The notes beneath the pieces were generated by a model. That model made no database searches. It saw only the letters and a program-made list of their open reading frames with translations, and had not been told where the DNA came from. A program made the translations under genes and the position numbers. Below are positions 37,601-49,843 of a DNA stretch of 64,000 nucleotides, piece by piece; the stretch's first letter is position 1; each line of letters opens with the position of its first letter. This DNA comes from Hydrolagus colliei (taxonomy: Eukaryota): positions 14,446,001 to 14,510,000 of the forward strand of contig CM068756.1 of the NCBI GenBank assembly GCA_035084275.1. Direction: 5' to 3'.

Positions 37601-40600
37601 CCCAATAGACAAATTGGTAAAGTGGACAGACACATGGCAGATGAAGTTTAATGCAGAGAAGTGTGAGGTGATGCATTTTGGGAGAAGAAATGAAGGGAGG
37701 CAATATAGGCTAGATAGTACAATTTTAAATGGTGTGAAGGAACAGAGAGACCTGGGGATTTGTGTTAGTGACTCGTTGAAGGTGGCAGGACAGGTAGACA
37801 AGGCTGTTAAGAAGGCATATGGGATACTAGGCTTTATAAATAGGGGTATAGAGTACAAAAGTCAGGAAGTGCTGACTAACCTCTATAAAACTTTGGTGAG
37901 GCCTCAGCTGGAATACTGTGTTCAATTCTGGTCACCACACTACAGAAAGGATGTGAAGACTTTGGAAAGGGTACAAAGAAGATTTACTAGGATGGTGCCA
38001 GGATTGAGGGACTTCAGCTATGAGGAGAGGCTAGATAGGCTAGGGTTATTCTCTCTGGAGCAGAGAAGATTGAGGGGAGACCTAATAGAGGTTTATAAGA
38101 TCATGAGGAGTTTCGACAGGGCAAATAGAGAAAAACTATTTCCACTCGAGGGCGAATCTATGACTCGTGGTCACAGATTTAAAATAGTTTCAAGGCGAAG
38201 TAGAGGGGAGCTGAGGAGAAATTTTTTCACTCAGCGAGTTGTTCGAATCTGGAATGCATTGTCTGAAAAGGTGGTGGAGGCTGATTCGATAACAACTTTT
38301 AAAAGGGAATTAGATCTTTATTTAGGGAGAACAGGTCTATTAGGCTATGGGGAGTGGGCAGGGCAGTGGGATTGAATCGCTCTTTTCAAAGAGCCGGCAC
38401 AGACTAGATGGGCCGAATGGCCTCGTTTTGTGCCGTAAAATTCTATGAATCTATGAATCTATGAATCTTCCTCCACAAACTGAATCCAACTTCATCCCGA
38501 TAAGTGTCAAGCATCAGGTCCATCATGAGCTCTGACTTTCTTCACCTGAATAATAATAATCTTTGCATTTTTATATCGAATTCAATAATTAATGGTATTA
38601 TTATCTCATGATTGTCATCTTAATCGCTTCAGATGAATCACTCAAATGTTATTTTGTTGTTGGTGTTGTTTACAAATCAATGCAACTAAACATCCCTGTG
38701 AGATTTGAATTAACAATAGTTGACTTTTTAAAATTCGCTTAGAATCTTACTTGTGTTAGGTTTGGGGATGGTGTAGCTGGCAATAGCTGAATTCTTGAGG
38801 CTGATGTGAGACACCAGACAAGTATAAACAGATGCTGTCTGGACAGACTGTGTGTCTTCAATAGAGCTAGAGACCTTACAGAGTTCCCATGAGTTCTGCT
38901 CTTCTATGGTTACTGTCTCTTCCATCTTTATTCCTGATGTTGGTGTAATTTGGTTCTCATCTTTATACCATATGATGGTGAAATCCTTTGGGTAAAATGC
39001 GGTAGTTTCACACACAAGAATCCGATGCTTAGTTGAACTTCCAGATAAAACTCTCAGTGGAGTTGGAGGAACTGTAGAATATATAATGGGGGGAAATCGT
39101 ATTAAATTTCATCAATGAGCAGAACAGACTTTATTTTGATTAATTTCTTTGCAAGATCATGATTCCTCAGTGCAAATGGAGGTTCTCCAGATACACAAAT
39201 ATCCATCTCACAGCAGGAGAAGCATTCCTCTTGCTTCAACTACTTTGTGGTTTAACAATTAATGTTGATTCATAATCTTTGTCTTATAGTGGAGCTCCTG
39301 TAGCTCAGTGGTTAGAGCGCTCGCCTTACAAGTGTGAGACCTGTGTTCGAATCCAGGCAGGTCAGCGCAAAACCTTGGGCATGTTTCCTTACTCCACATG
39401 CCTAATAATAATCCCTCAAAAAAAAACACCCAAAAATAAAATTGGTCATTTCAATCCATGACTGTTTGTGGGATGCTGCTGTATGCAATTGGCTGCTGCG
39501 TTTCACTCACAAATATACAGTCAATTCACTTCACAGTATATTCTGTGAAGCGATTTGAGACTTCTAGAAGATGTGAAAAGCGCTAAATCAAATGCAAGGA
39601 TTATTATTATTATTATTACCAAGTGTAAGAATTAGCAGTTGGAATTCATTGGTGCAAACTCTCGGAACAGAGAAGATATAGGATTCTTGACAGGTGTATG
39701 CATACTATATAACAATAATAATAACCCTTGCATTTGATATAGCGCTTTCCACATCTTATCAACGTCCCAAAGCGCTTCACAGAATATACTGTGTTCTTCT
39801 GGCTCAATTGGCAGCATTCTTGCTTCTGAGTCAGAAGGATACGTGTTCAATCTCCGCGTTAGGACATGTAATTCACATAGATTATGTTCAAGCACCCAAT
39901 GCAATGCTGTTCTTAGGTTGATAAATTAAACCTGCTTTAGTTCTGCCAGTTTTGTTGAACATTAAAGATCTCATATGAATAAATTGGCGGCTGTGTTCGC
40001 TTAGAAAGTACTCAGTCTCATGACTTTATAACATCATGTGCAATGCTTTGGGAGGTGCTGTATCAAATTAATGGATTGTATGTTTTTAGTCCTGAGAGGA
40101 TTTGATCAGGTAAAGAGTGAAACAGTGAATTTCTAACATGAGACCGTATGTTAAAATCTTTACCATAAACTGTTGGAGGTTGAATTCTGGTTTTACTGAA
40201 ATTAAACAAAATAGTTTCTGAAGTAGAAGCCATAACACCCTCTCAAAGGAATTTTAAAGTCACGGTTCCTTTTTATTCTACATGGATCAATTCTATAACT
40301 TTTGTAGAATAAGAAATATTTCATCAATTTGTCATGAGTTGTATTACTTCATGTATCACTTGTACAGATTTTGAAATTAAAATGTTATTTCCACTTAATT
40401 TACTCTAATACCTTTATGTGAAATTTATTAATAAACAATGTAAATCACTATATAGAATTCACCGTATTATTACTTTCATTGTAATTACCAAATATATTCG
40501 CCCTTCATCCACACTCACCCTGCACAGTTAAGCTTGATCCAGGTCCTGTTCCAATTACTGATCCCTGAACCATCACTGTGCAGCGATAGACTCCAGAGTC

Positions 40601-41052
40601 CTGCAAACTCACGTTAAGGAGCTGGAAGAAGCCGCTTCCTTTGCCTTTCACACCAAATGTTTTCCTGCTGTCCGCCTGTGTTTCCAAGTAGCCGTGCTCA
40701 CCCTCTTTTTCCCACTGGAACTGCAGTACTGAACCGCCTTGATAGAAGGGTAACACACAGCTGAAAGAGACATTTGTCCCTCTGACTGCAGCCACACGTT
40801 CGGGGATTTGAATCACTTTGACAAATGAAGCGCAAGGAACTGTCAGAAGTTAAAGTCAAACACAGATATATTAGGTGATGTGCCGTGAAGAAAACCAAAT
40901 GTATAAAAGGGAAAAAAACGCAGGTTTATATGATAAAGGCACATGGACACAAGCTTGCACATGTATCATAGAATATATACGTTATAGCATAAACATATAC
41001 CTGTTGAAATAAAATATAAGGCACATGGATAGAGAAAGACAACACTCCCCAT
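34664..41052 (-). CDS. Inhibitory V-C1-TM-ITIM IgSF receptor B2, 375 aa; exons 41001-41052, 40519-40839, 38751-39071, 36645-36758, 35901-35944, 35576-35686, 34664-34828
   Basis: Same seven-exon phase pattern as B1 (1128 nt). TM LWGGCAAGVFAFLVLLIIIG; tail VAYVTL, TVYAQ, LTYADL, SEYAEV; no stop or frameshift found. Confidence 0.9.
37605..38466 (+). mobile_element. 5'-truncated CR1 LINE in the B2 C1-TM intron
   Basis: ORF 37614-38375 is the CR1 RT C-terminus; (ctatgaat)n tail; empty site visible at about 52787. Confidence 0.95.
38751..39071 (-). CDS. B2 C1-set exon
   Basis: ORF 38728-39015; 321 nt. Confidence 0.92.
39289..39617 (+). mobile_element. tRNA-derived SINE (DeuSINE/SacSINE-like) with L2-type tail
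   Basis: A box tagctcagtggttagagc, B box gttcgaatcc, central gggatgctgctgtatgcaattggctgc, tail aagcgcta..aaatgcaag(att)n. Confidence 0.85.
40519..40839 (-). CDS. B2 V-set exon
   Basis: ORF 40505-40816; 321 nt. Confidence 0.92.
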
Positions 41053-41126
41053 GTCTGACTCTGGCTCTGATCAGATGTAATACATAAACGTGGAGTGTTT
41101 GATATAGAGTACCTACTGTGACACTG

Positions 41127-41169
41127 ACTTCCTGTTTGTTTGGGTTGGTGAAACCTGGCTGGTGTGGTT
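41127..41169 (-). promoter_or_regulatory. B2 proximal promoter ETS+RUNX
   Basis: acttcctgt at 41127-41135, tgtggtt at 41163-41169. Confidence 0.5.
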
Positions 41170-41993
41170 GTTGCAACACGCTTGCAGTAAAAGTATGAAA
41201 ATAATAATTATTCATGGTAATAGAGAAACGTCGATCAAATACATCAACATAAAAACTAGAGTTCTAGAGTTCAGCTTCATTATTGAGTCAGTGGTGCTTT
41301 CTCAAACTGGAAATATTGTTTCATGCATTAATTCCGCTTGGCGTCTATAGTATCCGAACAACAACAACAACTTTGATTTATATAGCGCCCTCAACGCCGG
41401 ACAGCGTCTCAGAGCGCTTTACAAGGCAATCTGGTGGAATATTTCTGATGATAGTTCTCTCTGTCCCCTATTGATAGAAATTAAGCTTTTCCTCTAAAGC
41501 ACACACCGTCCCTCTAAACTACCAAATGATCGTCCCATTTTAACCTTACCCTTCTTATGCAAAATGCTGGCCACTCAACTTTGCTCACATCTGTTTCGCC
41601 ACCGAGTCTTAGAGTTCCAGTTTCTACCAAAACACGAGACAGCACAGTCAAAGTAACGATATTCTCAGTCTTTCTTTCAAGCTCCAATCACAATCTTTGT
41701 GTGTTCCCTCATATCCAAAGCCTTGATCACTCAACTTTGTTCCCACTTTTTATTCCACTCGGTGCCATAACCAGTAACGTTAAGTTTCTGCCCACACCAT
41801 AAAAAGCATAATCACATTACCCAATGATGTACTGCCTCTCTCTGTCTCTCTCTGTCTTTCTCTCTGCAACCACAATGCCTCTGCCGTCTTGTTCTCCTAG
41901 ATGTTGTGCTACTTTCAAAATTGTCCACTGTCGCTCCTTGACGACTTCTCTGTCCTCATCCCTCTGCTTGGCACTGCATGACCAGCTGCAGAG

Positions 41994-42404
41994 TAGAGTC
42001 CGGCGATATATCGATATATCGCTAAAATCTGATATAGTTTTCATATCGATACACCGATATAGGCATTTCAAAAACATCGATGTATCGAAAAATCAATATA
42101 TCGAGGTAAAAAATCGGAATACGCGCACACAGAACTACAAGACCCAGATTGCTGATCTCTATACACAATGCACAGACCGATGTGCAAAGCCGCCATGTTG
42201 TATTCATAGTCCTCGTATTCATAGCACCCAGAATGCGTGCGCACCCGGAACATGCGCTTACCCAAAATGCGAGCGCATTCTGAGTGCACGAGCCGCACGT
42301 GCATGCGCAGTACGAAAAAACCGAAAATATCGATATTTCGGTATATCTCGATATGAGCCCATCGATATATCTAAATCGGAAAATTTCCATATCGATGGAC
42401 CCTA
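41994..42404. mobile_element. hAT-type MITE with 8-bp TSD CTGCAGAG
   Basis: TSD at 41986-41993 and 42405-42412; TIR tagagtcc/ggacccta; internal atcgatat repeats. Confidence 0.85.
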
Positions 42405-43796
42405 CTGCAGAGTATCCAAGAACTGTAGTCTATGCCTTTTCCTCACTGCGTGCTCTCTCCCTTGATGGTACTATCCATAGACAAGTGATTAACTTTCGCA
42501 CTGATGTCAGCGAAAGGTTAATGTACATTTCAACTTCCACTGTTGATTCCAGGTATATTGGTGCTTTATCCATTTGTGTGTGAATGGCTAGATTTCCCCA
42601 GACTTACTCTAACGTAACATGGTAGACAGAAGCCATCCCTCTTGCCTTCTGCAAATATTTCCTTCAGCTTACATACCTTCACTTTCTTGCCAACTAAATA
42701 GAGAGAAACATAATTGCGCAGTATAGGAAGTTTCTATTATTTGAATAACTGGTTGCAGACATTGAATTGTATGATATTATTCAACTTAAACCAAATAATT
42801 GGTACTTTCCTTGGAGATGCTGGAATTCCTCAAATCGATAGATAAGTGAATGAACCTAGCTGCCTCTGCCCTTCCGTCTATTACCCCCTCCCTATGTCTT
42901 CCTCACACCCCAGCTCCTACACATACCTGCCTCCACACCTTTGACCTGTCACCCACTCCTCTCATCCTATAAGTTGTTTAACAAACCACCTACTATCTCA
43001 AACTCATCTCTACCCCTCACCTTACCTTCCAGCTCAACCTTCTTGCTACTTATGGACAATAAAATCCTCTCACTGGCAACGGGTACCATTCCCACCCTGA
43101 TATATATGGTCTTCATCTCACCTATCCTTTAAAGCAGCGGATCTCAACCAGGGGTACATGTACCCCAAGGCGTAAAAAAATACTTCCAGGGAGTACTGGT
43201 GGCAGTACATTGATTTGTTTAACTATCTTATTTAGCATTTTATAGCCCTCCAAATTGTATATTTAATTGTACTGCAAAGTGAACTGATCCATGTCCATCT
43301 ATCAATGCACACTCTACCTTATTAAACTAGTCTAGAATCTTGGCATCATGTTTGACCATGAATTATTCTTTCTAACCCACATCTGTGCAATGTCTTGCTC
43401 TGCTTTCCACAACTTCTACTATATCGCCCATTTGTGCTACTATCTCGTACAGTAGGCAGCCAAACCTCTATTAGATGGATTCATTACACCCAAGCTTGAC
43501 TATGAAAACACCTTACTTGTCGGCCTCCAGAACTTTTATCTCCATAGCTTGCAAAATAACCCATATATCTACTGGCTTTGTCCTTTCCAATGCTAGGCTC
43601 CAAGAACATATCTCCCCTACACTTGCCCAACTCCACTGGCTTCCCATCACACAGAGGATACTAATTCAGGTACTGACCTGCAAAGTCCTTCATGGCCTAG
43701 CACCTACATACCTCAGTGATACCCTATCACCCTATGAACCTGGCAATCCCTCCACTCAATAGGTTCCAGTCTATTTCATGTCCAGCACCTCACCCA

Positions 43797-44715
43797 ACAA
43801 CAACAACAACAAATTACATTTATAGAGCGCCTTTCACGTCGGGAGGACGTCCCAAGGCGCTGCACAGGAGGAGTGTGACCTGAGCTGGGAGTGGAGTGTT
43901 TGGGAAGGGGTGAAACATGAAGTGGAGGTCGAAAACTTCGGGGTGGAACAAAAGGCACAGTCGAAGAGGAAAGTCTTCAAACCGGCCTTGAAAGAGGAAA
44001 GGGAAGAAACGAGATGGAGGGATTGGGGGATGGTATTCCATAGGGTGGGAGCGGAGAAACTGAAGGCCCGGCCTCCGATGGTGGGGTGGTTTGGGCGGGG
44101 GGCTTGGAGCAGGCCAAGTCCTGTTGAACGGAGGGTCCGGGTGGGCTTGTAGGGGGAAAGTAGATTGATTAAATAGGGTGGGGCAAGGCCTTGAAGGTGA
44201 GGACGAGGATCTTGAACTCGATCCTCTGGAGAATGGGGAACCAGTGGAGACGGGCGATGGTGGGGGTTATATGGTCGCGGAGGTGGGTGCGGGATAATAC
44301 ACGGGCTGCAGAGTTGTGGATGACCCGCAGCCTGTGAATGGAGGAACTGGGGAGGCCGAGGAGGAGAGTGTTTCCATAGTCCAGCCTCGAGGTGATGTAC
44401 GCGTGCACGAGTGTTTCGGCAGCGCAGGGGTAAGATAGTTGCGGAGCCTGGCAATGTTGCGCAGGTGGAAAGAAGCGGTCCCGGTCTAGGCATGTATGTG
44501 GGGGAGGAAGTAGAGTTTTTGATCGAACATTTTGCCGAGGTTCCTGATTGGCTTTGTGAGGTGGAGAGTGCAGCCTTGGATGTTGAGGCTGGCAGCGCCC
44601 GATGTGCGGAGGCGCTGGCTTGAGCCGATCAGGAGGGCCTCGGTCTTACTCATGTTCAATTGTAGGAAGTTGTCCCTCATCCAGGACTCAATGTCGGACA
44701 GACATGCTGTCAAAA
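43797..44715 (-). mobile_element. L2 3' fragment
   Basis: HAYITSRLDYGNTLLLG, SWMRDNFLQLNMSKTE; (aac)n tail; absent in copy Y. Confidence 0.88.
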
Positions 44716-45869
44716 CATCAACATCATTGGTGGGTAGCTCTTCAGCCACTCTACCACCACACTGTGAAACTCCATCCCACTGTCCCTCCATCTCAACTCC
44801 ACTTTTGCTTCTATCAAGACCAATCTCAAGAACTCATCTGTGCCTGTATTATTGATCAATCTCCAAAGAATTATCGATTCTTTTCATGGCAGTTTTTCAT
44901 TTCTGTGTATAGTCGTGATGCTTCTTTTTCATATAAGTACAATGCAATGACAAACACAATGTATAGCACTGTACAAATAAAACATTTCTTCACAGATTCC
45001 TGGGAATTGCTTAGAATGAATCTGCCAACATGAAAAAAAACTGTAGTAAACAACAACAACAACTTTGATTTATATAGCACCCTTCACGCCAGAAGGCGTC
45101 TCAGAGCGCTTCACAAAAATGCAAGGACTATGATATTTTCCAATTAGGATACATACCATTTGGTTATCCTTAGATTGTGTGCATTGAAATAATGCTGTTT
45201 AATTAACTGATAACAAATGTATTTTTATATTTGTAATTGCTCAGTGATCATGATGGAATTCGTGGAAACATGTCCCTGTAGATAGTTCTCCAACTTATTA
45301 CAATTGGTTATAAGTTATGGCATTGAGTGGTACTGCAGAATACACTGCACTGTACTTATAACTTGGAAAGCTGTAAACTACACTATTGTTTCGATTGTTT
45401 ATGTGTTGCAGCTTAGTTTTGCTGAGATCAAAAATTGTGTGTGTACCCAATACATCTGCTGCACGATTTGTGGCCATACCTTCAAGCTGCTGCTGAGCCT
45501 CTGAGTCTTGTTGCCTAAATGTCTGTACCACAAAATCGTTTTTTTTAATGTCTTCAAATGATAGATGTATATTTTCCACTTTGGCTGTAAATTCATCTGT
45601 CTCTCTGACTGTGTTTCAAACTCACACAGGTTACTTTATGGCCACATACTGGTTTAATGTAGAATCTTTGGAGATGCCATCCTTCGTATGAGAAGCTAAA
45701 TGAAAGACCACCTTGTCAATTCAAGTAGAAATGGAAGAACCCACGGTACTATTCAACAATAAAAGGGAGTTTCTTCCAGTTTCCTTGGAATCAGTCCCCC
45801 AATTTGGTCATTTGCTTTATGGCTATTTTGGGTATGTTGCTGTGCACTAAAAAGATAGACATTAAACTT

Positions 45870-46387
45870 TAGCCCGTGTACTATCCCGCACCCGCCTCCG
45901 CGACCACATAACCCCCGCCCTCGCCCGTCTCCACTGGCTCCCCATCCTCCAGAGGATCGAGTTTAAGATCCTCATCCTCACCTACAAGGCCTTACACGGC
46001 CTTGCCCCATCCTACTTAACCGATCTACTCTCCCCCTACACGCCCACCCGGACCCTCCGTTCAACAGGACTTGGCCTGCTCCAAGCCCCCCGCCCGAACC
46101 GCTCCACCATCGGAGGCCGGGCCTTCAGTTTCTCCGCTCCCACCCTATAGAATGCAATCCCTCAATCCCTCCGTTTCATCTCTTCCGTTTTCTCTTTCAA
46201 GGCCGGTTTGAAGACTTTCCTCTTCGATCGTGCCTTTTGTTCCACCCCAAACTCTTTTACCTCTCCTTCGTGTTTCACCCCTTCCCAAACACTCCCCTCC
46301 CAGCTCGGGACACACGCCTCCTGTTCAGCGCCTTGGGACGTCCTCCCGACGTGAAAAGCGCTCTATAAATGTAAATTGTTGTTGTTG
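45870..46387 (+). mobile_element. Young L2 3' fragment of the same family as 43797-44715
   Basis: Near-identical reverse complement of 43800-44290; absent at the orthologous point (about 57830) in copy Y. Confidence 0.88.
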
Positions 46388-47256
46388 TATATTCTGTGAA
46401 GTATGTTGAGACAGCCACCCAAATATGAAAGATGTTTGCATTCACATTGATTATGCTGTCAGCACTGAGGTGAGAAGGTGAGATGTACGTAATGGAAGAG
46501 CCTCTGATTTTTAAACATGCGACGGTTGCACTCATCAGGACTTGATATACAAATAGGAACCAAGGACTTGTGAACAAGGTTTGAGGCGGAGACTGAAAAG
46601 TGGATATTATTTGCATACATGTGGAATTTAACCTTGTGTTGCCATTGAATTCACTCAGCATGAGCAGGTTATTATTGTGAAGGAAAAGACCAAGGTTAGA
46701 ACTCCAATGATCTGATTTTACAGACCCAATTACATTTGCAACTGATGTACCTGTGGGATGGACCAAGAGGAAACACAAACACATGGATTGCATGGAACTT
46801 GCCAAGCGGGAAGTTAAAAGGAATCTAGTCATGTTATTTGACAAATCACACAGGTGTAAAAACATAGCTAGGAGCAACAAACAAAACCAGCAGTGTGTTG
46901 TCCTATTTGCTGCACTACATAAGTACATTCAGAGTCCTGTATCTCTGTAGTTAGAGCACTTGCCTTACAATCACGAGTCCTGAGTTCAATTTCAGACAGG
47001 GCAAAACGTTGGGCAAATTTCCTTACTCCACATGCATAATAATAGTTCCTCAAAAAATAATAAATTGGTCATTTTAATCCATGACTGTTTGTGGGACACT
47101 GTTGTCCGCAATCGGCTGTTGCCATTCGCCCAATATATACAACAACAACAACAACAACAAAATTGCATTTCTAGAGTGCCTTTCACGGTGCGTGGACCTG
47201 TATCAGTTCACTTTGCAGTGCAATTTATGAAGCATTTTGAGACATCTGGAACAGTT

Positions 47257-47405
47257 ATAGAATCATAGAATCATAGAATTTTATGGCACAAAAGGAGGCC
47301 ATTCGGCCCATCTAGTCTGTGCCGGCTCTTTGAAAAGAGCGATTCAATCCCACTGCCCTGCCCGCTCCCCATAGCCTAATAGACCCGTTCTCCCTAAATA
47401 AAGAA
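47257..47405 (-). mobile_element. CR1 3'-end fragment
   Basis: (catagaat)n followed by the same 3' UTR as the other CR1 copies; absent in copy Y. Confidence 0.85.
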
Positions 47406-49843
47406 GTTAGTTAAAAGCACTACATCAAATGCAAGTATTATTATTATTATTGTCATTGTTACATTGCTTTGGTGAGACAACATCTTGAGTAATGTATAGC
47501 AATATAGCCACTGTGACATAACGGGGCTTCCCTGTTCCAAAGAGCAATGCAGAGCAAAACAATGAGGATGATTCCCTGCGTTAGAGGAATATGCTTTGAG
47601 AGGTGTTTAATTGTTTATGGGATTGAAAATCTAACCCCAGACCAACAGTTTAGGTCTGAACAAAACAGCAGAATTAGAGGACATAGGCTTTGAGTTGCAA
47701 GGGCAATATCAGGATCGATACCAGGTTTTTCTTTACAGCAAGTAAAATAAAAATACCTGGGATAGGTTGGGAGGAAGGTAAGTTGAGGCCACCTAATGTG
47801 ATACGCAGATTGAAGCTGTGATGGGCAGTTGGTGGGATGGCTGTTCAGAAAGGATGAGTGTCAGACAGGCAAAAGGGCGTTCCAGAATGTATACAACCTA
47901 AAGATGTATTGTATTTTTATGTTTTGCGTTAAACAGACACAAAATACACGCAGCAACAACACCACCTCGTGGAGTATCAGTGCCAACATGAAATATTGCG
48001 CCCACTTTTTACACCCATTTTGCTACAATACATTACTATACATACATTGATGAACAACGTTAATAACCCGTGCTCTATACAGCCGGAGACTTGTGATAGA
48101 TTTATCCTTTGAGATTTACTCATAAGCAGAACGATTGGGGTTTTAACTCTTATTTGTTTCATGTCGGGTATAATATCAGGAGATACACAAAATGCTCAAT
48201 GGCCACGTTTCAACCGTTTCACTGCATGTGACGAATTGCACCACATTTTATTGCCTCCCCCCCTCTGTTGTATTTAACATCCTCTCCTCCCAACATACCC
48301 CAGTTCTGACTAAAGGTCGTGGACAAGGTCAGCAGCAGAAGTGAAGCAAATGTATATTTTGGAGGGTTAGATGTTATGTTCTAGAGGTTCTGTCCAAACG
48401 TCCCCTCCCATTAATGAATCTGATCAGTTTTGACTCCGATAACAAGCTGACCTCCAACAATGCTTCACAAGTGTTTCGCCCCATTAAACATTTCTGTGCC
48501 ACCTGACTTCCTGCCTCAGAGGGTTTATCGAATTGACTGTGTTTTGAGAGTGTAATTCGTAAGTACATATAGTCATTATAGCTGACGTCAAACGTCAGAC
48601 TCAGACACACTACATTGGGATACAGTGGGCAGTGTGGGACTGCAGGGCTGGTGGAAGGCAAACCGTGTCTTCTTTTACTTAACACATTTTTTTATTCTTA
48701 AGTTGGACGTGTTTAATATATTTCCACATGTTCTCGCTATTGCTTTTCCCAAGAGTATTGACCATTAATTATTGACAAAAGATTCCCACAGACCTTGACT
48801 GAACATTTTATTTATTGCAATTCCAAATGATGAATCAAAGCTGTAATGTTCAAATGTAATGTACGGTACAATCAACTTCATTTGAGATTTTACCGTATGG
48901 TATTACAGATATCTCACAACAATAGAAATTATTAATAAAACACTAGAGTGGTGGGGGTGGGTAATGTAATATGTTTAATTGTAGGTTTCTTGGGGCCAAA
49001 CTGACCAAACTGGTGTGTAATGTTTTGACCTGGGTCTGGGAAGAAAGTCTGGGAAACCACCAACAGCAAAATTACGTTGGTTTTGCGCCTTTCATGTAGG
49101 AACCATGTCCCAAGATAACGGGATGTATAACTGCTGATATATAGCGAGTGAAACCAAAACAAGTTGGGTGATATTCAATTATATTGCGACTCCTGTGTGG
49201 TGTAAGTCAAATGCCTCAAATCCGTTTGATACAGTCCTGTAGACTGGTTCATAATTTATAATCTTCCGTTTGTTCCAGTCATTGCTTTTCCTCCAGCATA
49301 ATTCAATCTCCTGGGATCATTTCTTCCTCACTTCACCTGTAACCAAACAAGTGGTGTCAGTGTGAATATCACCAATCCTTTGATTCTATGGTTAAGTGTC
49401 CTGATTGCTGCTTTCTACCCAAAACAACATTGAAGTTTCAATCTGAAATCTTCACAATGAGACTGCAAACGGAATATATTTTAGTTTAATTGCAAACAGG
49501 GACTAAAGATACTCAGACAACATTGATATTGATATCCCGCCGATCACTTGGAGATGGAAGCCGAGCCATCACATATTGACTGTCTGATTTGATTTGTCTC
49601 TTACACGGTATTAATGTATTCTAACACAAAATATTTTCAACTTCTCTTGAAGAATGTCCAGTCTCATGCAAGTAGAGAGTGTGGATGACGACACAAACAT
49701 AAATATACAACATGAAAACAAAATAACAGATACGGAAGTTATTACACAAACATAGAGTTTAATGTTGTTCCAGACACCTGGAGGTTTAGAGGAAATATCT
49801 TTATATCCACTGATTATTAGAGAATCCTCCAATAAACAAATCG

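Noticed and set aside
39289-39365. tRNA-Val-like genes (also 17860, 23183, 46935, 53613, 58375)
   Set aside because: The A/B boxes run straight into a shared SINE body and L2-type tail, and there is no proper acceptor stem.
41824-42583. Long overlapping ORFs (213, 122, 99 aa; also 55453-56124)
   Set aside because: They lie across the stop-poor hAT MITE, and the frames are not conserved between the two copies.
43834-44791. 219-aa and neighbouring ORFs
   Set aside because: Alternative frames of an L2 fragment.
46275-46928. 217-aa ORF (partial copy 57930-58298)
   Set aside because: It crosses an L2 insertion boundary, has no domain features, and its frame breaks in the duplicate.
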